A stretch of DNA of 64,000 nucleotides from an uncultured Bacilli bacterium (GTDB taxonomy: Bacteria > Bacillota_I > Bacilli_A > RF39 > UBA660): contig OZ006981.1 in the NCBI GenBank assembly GCA_963931185.1, positions 766,859-830,858 on the forward strand. Reading direction: 5' to 3'. The position numbers were made by a program, and so were the translations under genes. The notes under the pieces are model-generated. The model searched no databases. It was not told where the DNA came from and saw nothing but the letters and a program-made list of their open reading frames with translations. The stretch's first letter is position 1; each line of letters starts with the position of its first letter. Positions 55,488 through 64,000 of this stretch are shown here, piece after piece.

Positions 55488-55940
55488 ATGGAATATAAAA
55501 TAACTACTAGAGATGAAAGAGAAACTATTCAAATTGCTCAAAATATTGAATCTGAAAAGTTTGAAAATATGATTATATGTTTAGATGGAGATTTGGGAAG
55601 TGGAAAAACAGTTTTTACTAAAGGTTTTGCTCAAGCACTTGGTATTGATGAAAATATAACTTCTCCAACATTTAGTATAATAAAAGAATATAATTCCGGA
55701 GAAATACCACTATACCATATGGATGTATACCGTTTAGATGGAAAGATAGATGGCGTTGGGATTGAGGATTATTTTAATAAAAATGGAGTTGTTATTATTG
55801 AATGGGCAGATACAATAAAAAATTATTTACCAGCAGAACGATTAGACATAAAAATAAAAGTAATTGATGAAGATACAAGATTATTTGTTTTCACACCACA
55901 TGGTAAAGCTTATGAAGATGTTTGTGATGCGGTATTATGA
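55488..55940 (+). CDS. tsaE: tRNA t6A37 biosynthesis ATPase TsaE
   Basis: GDLGSGKT P-loop; about 150 aa. Confidence 0.85.
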   Translation: MEYKITTRDERETIQIAQNIESEKFENMIICLDGDLGSGKTVFTKGFAQALGIDENITSPTFSIIKEYNSGEIPLYHMDVYRLDGKIDGVGIEDYFNKNGVVIIEWADTIKNYLPAERLDIKIKVIDEDTRLFVFTPHGKAYEDVCDAVL

Positions 55941-56575
55941 AAACATTTTATTTAGATACTTCATCTAATTTTTTATATACTGCTATTTTGGAAGACGAAG
56001 TAATAATTGATGAAATAAAAGAAAAACTAGAAAAAGATTTATCTAAGCGTACATTACCAAAAATTAAAGAAATGTTATTAAAAAATAATATTTCTTTTGA
56101 TGATATAAAAAAAATAATTGCTGTAAATGGACCGGGTTCATTTACAGGAATTAGAATTGGTCTAACTATAGCTAAAACACTAGCCTGGGCAAAGAACATT
56201 CCAATTATTCAAATATCTAGCTTAGAAGCAATGGCATTATCAAATAATATAGAAAATATAGATTATATTGTTCCAATAATCGATGCTAGACGTAATTTTG
56301 TATTTTCAACAATTTATGATAATAATAACAAGCAGTTTATACTTAAAGAACAATATATAAACTTAAATACATTATATGCAGTATTAGATAGCATTACTGG
56401 AAATATTTTGTTTGTAACAAATGATAACATTGAAACAAAATATAATAAGATAAATTATGAACCAAACATTTCTAGAATTGTTAAAGTAACAAAAAATAGA
56501 TTAGAGATTAATCCACATAAAATTGATGCTAATTATTTAAAATTAACGGAAGCTGAAGAAAAATATGATAATTGA
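55937..56575 (+). CDS. tsaB: tRNA t6A37 biosynthesis protein TsaB
   Basis: Inactive Kae1-like N-domain (NGPGSFTGIRIG). Confidence 0.8.
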   Translation: MKTFYLDTSSNFLYTAILEDEVIIDEIKEKLEKDLSKRTLPKIKEMLLKNNISFDDIKKIIAVNGPGSFTGIRIGLTIAKTLAWAKNIPIIQISSLEAMALSNNIENIDYIVPIIDARRNFVFSTIYDNNNKQFILKEQYINLNTLYAVLDSITGNILFVTNDNIETKYNKINYEPNISRIVKVTKNRLEINPHKIDANYLKLTEAEEKYDN

Positions 56576-56996
56576 TTTGACAATAAGTAATGTTGATTTA
56601 ATAAATAGATTAGAAAAACAATTTCCTTATTTTTTTTTATCTAATAATGAAATAATTAAAGATTTAAATAATAATGTATTTAGTAAATACTTTATTTATG
56701 TTGAAGAAAGTAATATAATAGGATTTGTAAATTATTTTGACATATATGACAGATATGAAATTGTTAATATATTTGTAACTGAAACATATCGAAATAAGAA
56801 AATTGGTTCTAAAATGCTTGAACATTTAATAAAATTAGGGGAAAAACAAAATATAAAAAATATCACACTTGAAGTAAAAAAAGATAATATAGTAGCTATT
56901 AATTTATATAAAAAGTATAATTTTGAAATAGTAGCAATAAGAAAACTTTATTATCAAGGAATAGACGGATTATTAATGGAAAGAAAGATGATGTAA
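56565..56996 (+). CDS. rimI: Ribosomal-protein-alanine N-acetyltransferase (GNAT)
   Basis: GNAT motif (R.KKIGSKML) and a position between tsaB and tsaD. Confidence 0.75.
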   Translation: MIIDLTISNVDLINRLEKQFPYFFLSNNEIIKDLNNNVFSKYFIYVEESNIIGFVNYFDIYDRYEIVNIFVTETYRNKKIGSKMLEHLIKLGEKQNIKNITLEVKKDNIVAINLYKKYNFEIVAIRKLYYQGIDGLLMERKMM

Positions 56997-57998
56997 ATGA
57001 AAGATACTTACATATTAGCTATTGAAAGCAGTTGCGATGAAACCAGTTGCGCTATAGTAAAAAATGGTCAAGAAGATATTGCAACTGTTATACTGTCTCA
57101 AATTGATATACATACAAACTTTGGAGGTGTAGTGCCAGAAATTGCAAGTCGGCAACATATAAAAAATATAACGATAGTAATTGAAGATTGTTTGAAAAAA
57201 GCTAATATGAAAATTGAAGATATTGATGCGATTGCCGTTACATATGGACCTGGTTTAGTTGGATCATTACTAGTAGGACTAGAAGCGGCTAAAACTTTAT
57301 CATTAATTTATAATAAACCTTTAATTCCAGTAAATCATATAATTGGTCATATATATGCTAATAATATAGAGAAAAAAATGGAATATCCATTAATTGCATT
57401 AGTAATTAGTGGTGGACATACTGAATTGATTCTTATGAAAGATGAATATGAATTTGAAAAAATTGGTGGAACTCTAGATGATGCAGTTGGTGAAACCTAT
57501 GATAAAGTAGCAAGGGTAATTGATGTTGGATATCCAGGTGGACCAGTAATAGATAAGCTTTCAGCAAAAGGAAGCCATGAATATGATTTACCAATACCTT
57601 TAAATGATAACAGTTATAACTTTAGCTTTAGCGGCTTAAAAAGTGCTGTAATTAATTTAGCACATAAAATGGAACAAAGAAATGAAAAACTAAACAAAGA
57701 AAACTTAGCTAAATCATTTCAAGATGTCATAGTAGAATCTATTACAAAAAAGACAATTAAAGCATTAAAGGATAAAAATGTAAAAAGATTAATTTTAGCT
57801 GGTGGAGTAGCTGCTAATCAAGGTATTAGAAATAAACTAGAAGAAATTTGTAAAAAAGAAAATATTGAGTATAATTTCCCTAATATTAAATATTGTACAG
57901 ATAATGCTACAATGATTGGAGCAGCAGCATACTATGCATATAAGAAAGGAATAACAGCGACAATAGATTTAAATGCAGTTTCAAACGAAGAATTATAG
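56997..57998 (+). CDS. tsaD: tRNA N6-adenosine threonylcarbamoyltransferase TsaD
   Basis: Kae1/TsaD family with metal-binding His residues (NHIIGHIY); 333 aa. Confidence 0.9.
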   Translation: MKDTYILAIESSCDETSCAIVKNGQEDIATVILSQIDIHTNFGGVVPEIASRQHIKNITIVIEDCLKKANMKIEDIDAIAVTYGPGLVGSLLVGLEAAKTLSLIYNKPLIPVNHIIGHIYANNIEKKMEYPLIALVISGGHTELILMKDEYEFEKIGGTLDDAVGETYDKVARVIDVGYPGGPVIDKLSAKGSHEYDLPIPLNDNSYNFSFSGLKSAVINLAHKMEQRNEKLNKENLAKSFQDVIVESITKKTIKALKDKNVKRLILAGGVAANQGIRNKLEEICKKENIEYNFPNIKYCTDNATMIGAAAYYAYKKGITATIDLNAVSNEEL

Positions 57999-58009
57999 GA
58001 GGAATTTTT

Positions 58010-59071
58010 ATGAGTGAAAAGGAAAATTTAAAAAAAAGAATTAACATAAAAAATAAAAAAGATGCGATAAAAAAATTATCTCAGACTACTAAAAAAACAA
58101 AACAAAGTAAAAAAACACTTTCCAATAAAAAAGTAATCACTCATGAAAATAAAAAAACAAGTTCTAAAAGTATAAAAGACAAAAAAGAAAATATCATTTT
58201 ACATAATACGGAAATTGATAAAAAAAATACTAATAAAGAAAAAACAAATTCTAAAAAAACAACTAAAAATAAAAAAGTAGAAAATTCAAAAAATAATATA
58301 AAGACAATTGTTAAAAAAGAAAACAATGAAAATATAAAACAAAATAAAATAAAAAGAATTTCCAATAATTTAGGAAATAAATTAAAAGATAAAATTTTTG
58401 AAGAACTAAAAGATGAAGATTTAAAAAAATCAACAAAAGATAATAAGAAAACAACAAAAAAGTCAAAGCTAATAATATTTTTATTTATCTGCATAGTAAT
58501 TATTGGCATTGTTATATTTGTTAAAAAAAATAATATAATTGATGAAGAATTAAAAAAATACAAAGAATTTTCAATTGGTGAAAAAGTAATACTTTCTGAT
58601 AATTCTATTTGGTACGTAATAGAAAACAGTAGCAGTAATACAAAGACTGTAAAACTTTTAAAAGAAAATCAAATAGATATAAATAACGATGGCAAATTTG
58701 ATAATAATGACAAGATGAAATTCTATAATAAAAATGAGTATTTATTTGATTCAAGTGATAAAGCAAGTATAGCTTATTATCTTAATAATGAATATAAAAA
58801 GTCTATTAGTGAAAAAATTGATGGTATTGAAGCAATTCATCTATTAACATCAAAAGAATATGTAAATATACGAGAAAAGATGGGATATGATTATGAATGG
58901 ACAACAGGAAATTGGTTGGCTAACGAGTCACTAGGCACTTGGTGGTTAGATTCATCTCAAAATGGAAAAATATATGTTGTAAATATAATAGGAAGCTATA
59001 AACTTTCTAATGCAACAGAAGTAAATTATGTAAGACCAGTTATTACTGTTAATAAAGATAGTTTAGAATAA
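58010..59071 (+). CDS. Membrane-anchored protein with an about 150-aa poly-Lys/Asn-rich cytoplasmic N-region, one TM segment, and an extracellular VRPV-motif domain
   Basis: Low-complexity lysine-rich N-terminal region, TM segment LIIFLFICIVIIGIVIFV, and a C-terminal domain ending ...VNYVRPVITVNKDS, similar to the C-terminus of the 41858..43795 protein. Confidence 0.5.
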   Translation: MSEKENLKKRINIKNKKDAIKKLSQTTKKTKQSKKTLSNKKVITHENKKTSSKSIKDKKENIILHNTEIDKKNTNKEKTNSKKTTKNKKVENSKNNIKTIVKKENNENIKQNKIKRISNNLGNKLKDKIFEELKDEDLKKSTKDNKKTTKKSKLIIFLFICIVIIGIVIFVKKNNIIDEELKKYKEFSIGEKVILSDNSIWYVIENSSSNTKTVKLLKENQIDINNDGKFDNNDKMKFYNKNEYLFDSSDKASIAYYLNNEYKKSISEKIDGIEAIHLLTSKEYVNIREKMGYDYEWTTGNWLANESLGTWWLDSSQNGKIYVVNIIGSYKLSNATEVNYVRPVITVNKDSLE

Positions 59072-59100
59072 AAGAGCTTTAATAATTTAAAGCTCTTTTA
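59072..59100. terminator. Bidirectional terminator between convergent genes
   Basis: AAAGAGCTTTA-ataatt-TAAAGCTCTTT with A/T runs on both sides. Confidence 0.7.
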
Positions 59101-60069
59101 AAATCTAAATTTTGGTTTTTTATTTTTTATTTTCCAGTTTAAACCTGTGGAATAAGATAAATTAAATTTAGATATGTCTATTTGTTTATTCTTTTCAAAA
59201 TATAAAAAAACATCATAAATTAAATTGCAACATTTTTCTATTGCAACATTATATAATTCATCAAAAGAAAAATTATATTTTTTATTAGTATCGTATGGAT
59301 ATAGCCAACTTTTCTTAGAATTATTTAAATAATAATCAGGATTTTTATAACTGTAAGAATATGATAAAAATTTAGAATTTAATATTGTTTTAGGACTTAA
59401 AACATCAAAAAATTTGTAACATAATATTTTATAACCATATGGATCATGTCTTAAATATTTAAATGAAAGTTTCATATCATAAATACTTTTTAAATAGTCT
59501 TTTGTAAAATTTTTATAATTAAAAACCTCTAAAAAAGTTTTATCCATAACTACTTGTAATTGATTTGAAAAATTTCTGATTTTAAAAACTTCGCTGTAAA
59601 CCTTATATTTTTTGTTATTAAATCCCTTTTTATTTAACATATAAATATCTAAAAAAGTTTCCATTTCATGATGCTTTGCATTATACTTAAAAGTTTCTTT
59701 TCTTTTTTTGTTAAATATCCCACAATTATATTCAACATATGGATGAATAGTAGAATCTAAGATATAATGTGTAATTAATCCATATACAAAAGTCATAACA
59801 ATAATATTTTTTTCTAGACCATAATCTTTAATATTTTTTAATAAAACATCGAAAAACATATCACATTTATTATGATGAAAAAATCCGGCAAAATCACGTT
59901 TATTTTTGCTTTTTTTTGTTATTGGAAAATAAATATTAAAAAAGTTAAAAGGATCCATACTCTGTGCAAATATAGCCAAATAATTACTATCAAAACTAAT
60001 ATTTTTTTCTTTTTTCAATTTATTCATAACATCGTTAGCAAAGAAAAAATGCGTAACAGTTCCTGCCAT
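59098..60069 (-). CDS. Hypothetical protein, possibly of the zinc-dependent phospholipase C-like family
   Basis: 323 aa with His-rich motifs (MAGTVTHFFFA..., HYILDSTIHP). Weak recognition only. Confidence 0.3.
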   Translation of the reverse strand: MAGTVTHFFFANDVMNKLKKEKNISFDSNYLAIFAQSMDPFNFFNIYFPITKKSKNKRDFAGFFHHNKCDMFFDVLLKNIKDYGLEKNIIVMTFVYGLITHYILDSTIHPYVEYNCGIFNKKRKETFKYNAKHHEMETFLDIYMLNKKGFNNKKYKVYSEVFKIRNFSNQLQVVMDKTFLEVFNYKNFTKDYLKSIYDMKLSFKYLRHDPYGYKILCYKFFDVLSPKTILNSKFLSYSYSYKNPDYYLNNSKKSWLYPYDTNKKYNFSFDELYNVAIEKCCNLIYDVFLYFEKNKQIDISKFNLSYSTGLNWKIKNKKPKFRF

Positions 60070-60163
60070 ATTTACACCTCTTTCACAAAATTATATCATA
60101 CTTTTCACTAGATTTTCATGTAATTATATTAATATATATGATATACTTATTTATGGTGATACT

Positions 60164-61102
60164 ATGAAAGATAAACAGTTCAAGAATTTAGATGAACAAG
60201 TAGAAATATTTAAGTATAAGGGGTTAATAATAAATGATGAAAAATATGCTAAAGAAGTATTATTAAGAGAAAATTATTTTTTCTTGAGTGGTTATAGACA
60301 TTTATTTATGAATCCTGAAAATCCTAAATTTTATTTAGAAGGTACAACTTTTGAAGAACTTTATAGTCTGTTCCTTTTTGATAGGCAGTTTAGGAATATT
60401 ATATTTAAAAATTTATTAATTGTTGAAAATAATGCAAAATCTATTTTTTCTTATCAACTTTCTAAAAAATATGGTTATAAAGAGCATGATTATTTAAAAC
60501 CAAGCAATTTTGATATGTCACCAGATAAAAGTAGGCAAGTTAATGATTTAATAAAAAAGATGAAAAGGCAAGTTAGAGTAAATGGTTCACAACATACAGC
60601 TACAGCGCATTATATAAGTAATTATGGATATATTCCACTATGGGTATTAGTAAAAGTTTTATCTTTTGGTATTATTAGTGAGTTTTATTCCATATTAAAA
60701 ATGGATGATAGAGTTTCTATTGCCAAAATATATAATATAAATGTTGAAGACTTAACAAATTATTTATCGTTACTTGCAAATTATAGAAATGTATGTGCAC
60801 ATGAAGATATTCTTTTCGAAAATAAAACTCAAAGAGAAATTAATAATACTGTTTATCACGCGCTATTGGGGATAAAAAAAGTAGATAATGAATATGTTCA
60901 AGGTAAAAATGATTTATTTGCTTTATTAATAATATTAAGACAACTACTTAGAAATGAGGATGTAAAAAATTTAATATTAGAAATTGATAGAGCACTAGAA
61001 AATTTAAAGTTTAATTTACACACTATTACTATAGAAAAGGTATTAGACAGAATGGGATTTCCTCATAATTGGGAGGAAATTGCCAATATAGAAAAGAGGT
61101 AA
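60164..61102 (+). CDS. Abi family (AbiD/AbiF, Abi_2) abortive-infection protein
   Basis: N-terminal LIINDEKYAKEVLLRENYFFLSGYRHLF resembles the Abi_2 signature (IL.RENYY.IINGYK.LF); about 310 aa. Confidence 0.65.
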   Translation: MKDKQFKNLDEQVEIFKYKGLIINDEKYAKEVLLRENYFFLSGYRHLFMNPENPKFYLEGTTFEELYSLFLFDRQFRNIIFKNLLIVENNAKSIFSYQLSKKYGYKEHDYLKPSNFDMSPDKSRQVNDLIKKMKRQVRVNGSQHTATAHYISNYGYIPLWVLVKVLSFGIISEFYSILKMDDRVSIAKIYNINVEDLTNYLSLLANYRNVCAHEDILFENKTQREINNTVYHALLGIKKVDNEYVQGKNDLFALLIILRQLLRNEDVKNLILEIDRALENLKFNLHTITIEKVLDRMGFPHNWEEIANIEKR

Positions 61103-61108
61103 TATTAT

Positions 61109-62224
61109 TTGAAAAATAAAATATTAATTTTTATAATTGTTTTTGTAGCATTTATATCTGGTGGTGGAATGATGTATCTTTTTGTAGGAGATCCTTTTAC
61201 TACTAGTGATACTAATTCATTAAATTCTACAAATTACAATAGCTGTAGTAACTGTATGAGTGGAACAATGGTTGTTAACAATGGTGGAATCACACAATCT
61301 GTTAATAAAATTTATGATGCAGTTGTAATGGTAAAGAATTATCAAAAGAATACTTTAGCAGGTTCTGGTAGTGGATTTATCTATAAAAAAGATGATAAAT
61401 ATGGATACATAATGACTAACCAACACGTTGTAGAAGATGCTACGACAGTAAAAGTAACTTTAGCTAGCGGTGAAACAATTGATGCAGATTTACTAGGTGG
61501 AGATGAGTACTTAGATATAGCGATTGTAAGAATTCCAGTTTCTAAAGTTATATCTGTAGCAACTATCGGAACAACAGAAAATTTAAGTTTAGGAGATACT
61601 GTATTTACAATTGGTACTCCTGTTGGAGAGAACTATTTTAATTCTGTAACTGGCGGATATATATCAGGATTAGACAGAAAAGTAACTGTTAGTGTTCAAG
61701 CAAATTCTGATTGGGTACAAGAAGTAATTCAAATTGATGCAGCAATAAATCCTGGAAATAGTGGAGGACCACTTGTTAATTTTAACGGAGAAGTAATTGG
61801 AGTAACATCACTTAAATTAGTAGATTCGACAATTGAAGGTATGGGATTTGCTATTAAAATTGAAGATGCAATGAAGCATGTAGAAGATTTAGAAAATGGT
61901 AAAAAGATTGAAAGACCATTATTAGGCATAACTCACATAAATGCTACTGAAACATATACATTAAGACAATATGGAATATCACTTGCTTCTGATATAACAT
62001 CTGGAGTAGTTGTATTATCTGTCGAAGAAGGCTCAGCTGCTGATAAAGCTGGATTGAAGAAAGGAGATGTAGTAATTGGTTTAAATAATGATGAAGTAAC
62101 TAATACAGCATATCTAAAGTATTTATTATATAAATATAGTGTTGGTGATGAAATTAAAATTACTTATATAAGAGATAATGAAACAAAAACAGCAACCGTG
62201 ACATTGACAGACGCAGCAGATTAG
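61109..62224 (+). CDS. htrA: HtrA/DegP-family serine protease with PDZ domain
   Basis: TM anchor, trypsin-like His, GNSGGPL Ser motif, and a C-terminal PDZ domain. TTG start after an AGAGG RBS. Confidence 0.85.
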   Translation: MKNKILIFIIVFVAFISGGGMMYLFVGDPFTTSDTNSLNSTNYNSCSNCMSGTMVVNNGGITQSVNKIYDAVVMVKNYQKNTLAGSGSGFIYKKDDKYGYIMTNQHVVEDATTVKVTLASGETIDADLLGGDEYLDIAIVRIPVSKVISVATIGTTENLSLGDTVFTIGTPVGENYFNSVTGGYISGLDRKVTVSVQANSDWVQEVIQIDAAINPGNSGGPLVNFNGEVIGVTSLKLVDSTIEGMGFAIKIEDAMKHVEDLENGKKIERPLLGITHINATETYTLRQYGISLASDITSGVVVLSVEEGSAADKAGLKKGDVVIGLNNDEVTNTAYLKYLLYKYSVGDEIKITYIRDNETKTATVTLTDAAD

Positions 62225-62266
62225 TTATATTATATAGTTAAACTTCAATAGAAAAGATGTGAACAT

Positions 62267-63910
62267 ATGAAACTTAAAAAGAATTCATTTATCCAAGGAG
62301 CATTTATTGCAACACTTGGAATAGTTATTAGTAAAATATTAGGAATTATTTATGTAATTCCTTTTTATGCTATTATAGGTGATCAAGGTGGAGCGTTATA
62401 TGGTTATGCTTATAATATTTATTCAATATTTTTAGGAATATCACAAGCAGGATTACCACTTGCTATGAGTAAGTTAATAAGTGAATATAATACTTTAGGT
62501 TATTATGAGACTAAAGAAAAAATATATAAAGTTGGGAAAACTTTTTTAAACATTTTAGGTGTAATATGTTTTCTAATATTATTTATATTTGCACCACAAA
62601 TTGCAGATTTGATAATTGGCGGCGTTACTGATGGAAACTCACCAGAAGATATTATTTTTGTTATAAGGATAATTTCAACAGCAATATTAGTTGTACCAAT
62701 TTTAAGCGTTTCGAGGGGATATTTACAAGGGCATAAATTTATAACGCCTACTCCAGTAAGTCAAATAATTGAACAAATAGTAAGAGTATTAATAATAGTA
62801 ATAGGTAGCTATTTAATGTTAAGAGTTTTTAATTTTCCACTTAGAACAGCAGTTGGATGTGCTGTATTTGCAGCTACTGTTGGAGCAATATGTTCATATC
62901 TATATATATATGTAAAAATTAAGAAAAATAAAGAACAATTTAATGTAAAAAGTATAAAAAAAGAACCAAATTTAAGTACAAAAAAAATATTAAAAATGTT
63001 AATAATCTATGCTATTCCTTTTGTAATGATTGACTTATTTCGTTCTATTTATAATTCAGTTGACGTTATAACTCTTGTAAAATCATTAGTAAATAATTTT
63101 GGGTATCTTACAAAAGATGCAGAAACAGTAATGAGTGTTATTTCAACATGGGGATTAAAATTAAATATGATAATAATATCAGTTGTATCAGGTATAATGA
63201 CAAGTTTGATTCCAAATCTTACGAGTAGTTTTGTAAGTGGAGACATGAAAGATGTTAATAAAAAAATAAACCAAACTTTACAGATAATTCTTTGTATATC
63301 ACTACCTATGACAATTGGACTAAGTTTTATCACAACTCCAGTATGGAATGTATTTTATGGAATGTCAACCTATGGTGAAATAACGTATAGATATCTTGTT
63401 TTTGTTGCATTTGCTACTACTTTATTTACAGCAACCACTACAACAATGCAATTATTAAAAGAATATAAAATGGTATTTTTTACTCTTATAGTAGGGCTTC
63501 TTATAAAAAGCACTTTAAATATTCCGTTGATGTATTTATTTAATAATCTAGGAATTTACCCATTTTATGGTGCAATAACAGCAACAATATTGGGATTTGT
63601 GACTTCAGCAATAATATCTACAATACATATAAAAAGAAAATTTAATATAAATTATAAAACAACTATATCAGAAGCTAAAAATATAATAATTGCTGTAACT
63701 TTAATGTTAGCAGTAATGTTTGCAACAACATACATAATTCCATTAAAAGTAGAAGGAAGACTATTATCATTTGTCATTGCCATAATATATGCCTTAATAG
63801 GTGGTACAGTATATCTTATATATACATATAAAACTAAAACTTTAGAAAATGTTTTTGGAAAGAAGTTTTTAAATAAAATTACTAATAAATTGAAAATAGT
63901 AAAACAATAA
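62267..63910 (+). CDS. MOP-superfamily polysaccharide/lipid-II flippase (SpoVB-like)
   Basis: 14-TM protein with an N-terminal pattern like SpoVB/polysaccharide biosynthesis proteins (GAFIATLGIVISKILG..YVIP...GD.GGALYGYAYN.YSIFL). Confidence 0.65.
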   Translation: MKLKKNSFIQGAFIATLGIVISKILGIIYVIPFYAIIGDQGGALYGYAYNIYSIFLGISQAGLPLAMSKLISEYNTLGYYETKEKIYKVGKTFLNILGVICFLILFIFAPQIADLIIGGVTDGNSPEDIIFVIRIISTAILVVPILSVSRGYLQGHKFITPTPVSQIIEQIVRVLIIVIGSYLMLRVFNFPLRTAVGCAVFAATVGAICSYLYIYVKIKKNKEQFNVKSIKKEPNLSTKKILKMLIIYAIPFVMIDLFRSIYNSVDVITLVKSLVNNFGYLTKDAETVMSVISTWGLKLNMIIISVVSGIMTSLIPNLTSSFVSGDMKDVNKKINQTLQIILCISLPMTIGLSFITTPVWNVFYGMSTYGEITYRYLVFVAFATTLFTATTTTMQLLKEYKMVFFTLIVGLLIKSTLNIPLMYLFNNLGIYPFYGAITATILGFVTSAIISTIHIKRKFNINYKTTISEAKNIIIAVTLMLAVMFATTYIIPLKVEGRLLSFVIAIIYALIGGTVYLIYTYKTKTLENVFGKKFLNKITNKLKIVKQ

Positions 63911-63922
63911 GGAGAGCAAAAT

Positions 63923-64000
63923 ATGAATTTTAAGGTAATTACTGAAAACGAATTTAGAGAATTTTCAAATAAACATAAATATGAAAGTTTTATGCAAACA
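63923..64000 (+). CDS. FemXAB-family peptidoglycan bridge aminoacyltransferase, 5' end only (runs off the window)
   Basis: MNFKVITENEFREFSNKHKYESFMQT resembles FemA/FemX N-termini (...EF..F.....SF.QT). Confidence 0.4.
   Translation, partial: MNFKVITENEFREFSNKHKYESFMQT

Overview
This is a very AT-rich (about 27% GC by eye) chromosomal segment from a low-GC Firmicutes (Bacillota) organism. The genetic code is standard. Sporulation genes are present (yabP/yabQ, spoIIR, a spoIIQ-like/spoIIID/mreB cluster, a spoVB-like flippase gene). Most of the window is syntenic housekeeping. Recognised genes include asnB behind a T-box leader, a DHH phosphoesterase, rplI, dnaB, walJ-like, rlmH, ung, argS, rpoE, prfA-prmC, mntP, fba, murA, rpmE, rpiB, secA, cysS, the tsaE-tsaB-rimI-tsaD operon, and htrA. 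There is one complete 16S-23S-5S rRNA operon at 48.2-53.1 kb with no ITS tRNA, a short 5S of about 104 nt, and four tandem sigma-A-type promoters upstream. The accessory content is more interesting. (1) A complete agr-type peptide quorum-sensing locus sits at 33.0-36.3 kb. Its agrA(LytTR)-agrC pair converges on agrB-agrD, and agrD is a 40-aa ORF absent from the ORF track (35556..35678, minus strand). (2) A near-identical 50-bp regulatory module, two AAAGTATTGT direct repeats spaced 20 bp start-to-start over a -35, lies upstream of yabP and of a 614-aa prepilin-type protein with an FGE/SUMF1-like C-terminus. Its architecture is typical of LytTR binding sites. (3) The last about 43 bp of secA plus its terminator region are duplicated about 1.5 kb downstream. 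The duplication flanks a small cassette carrying a zeta-toxin-like fragment and a MazG-like gene, a footprint consistent with an integrative-element att site. (4) A 3.5-kb AT-rich gene desert contains a tandem-repeat peptide gene and a frameshifted IS110 transposase next to a perfect 32-bp palindrome. (5) An IS91-family transposase fragment at the window edge has an adjacent hairpin repeat that recurs next to agrD. (6) Further items include a J-domain coiled-coil protein paired with LemA, large Cys-bracketed repeat-domain surface proteins sharing a C-terminal VRPV-motif domain, and an AbiD/F-like abortive-infection gene. No CRISPR array or tRNA gene was seen.
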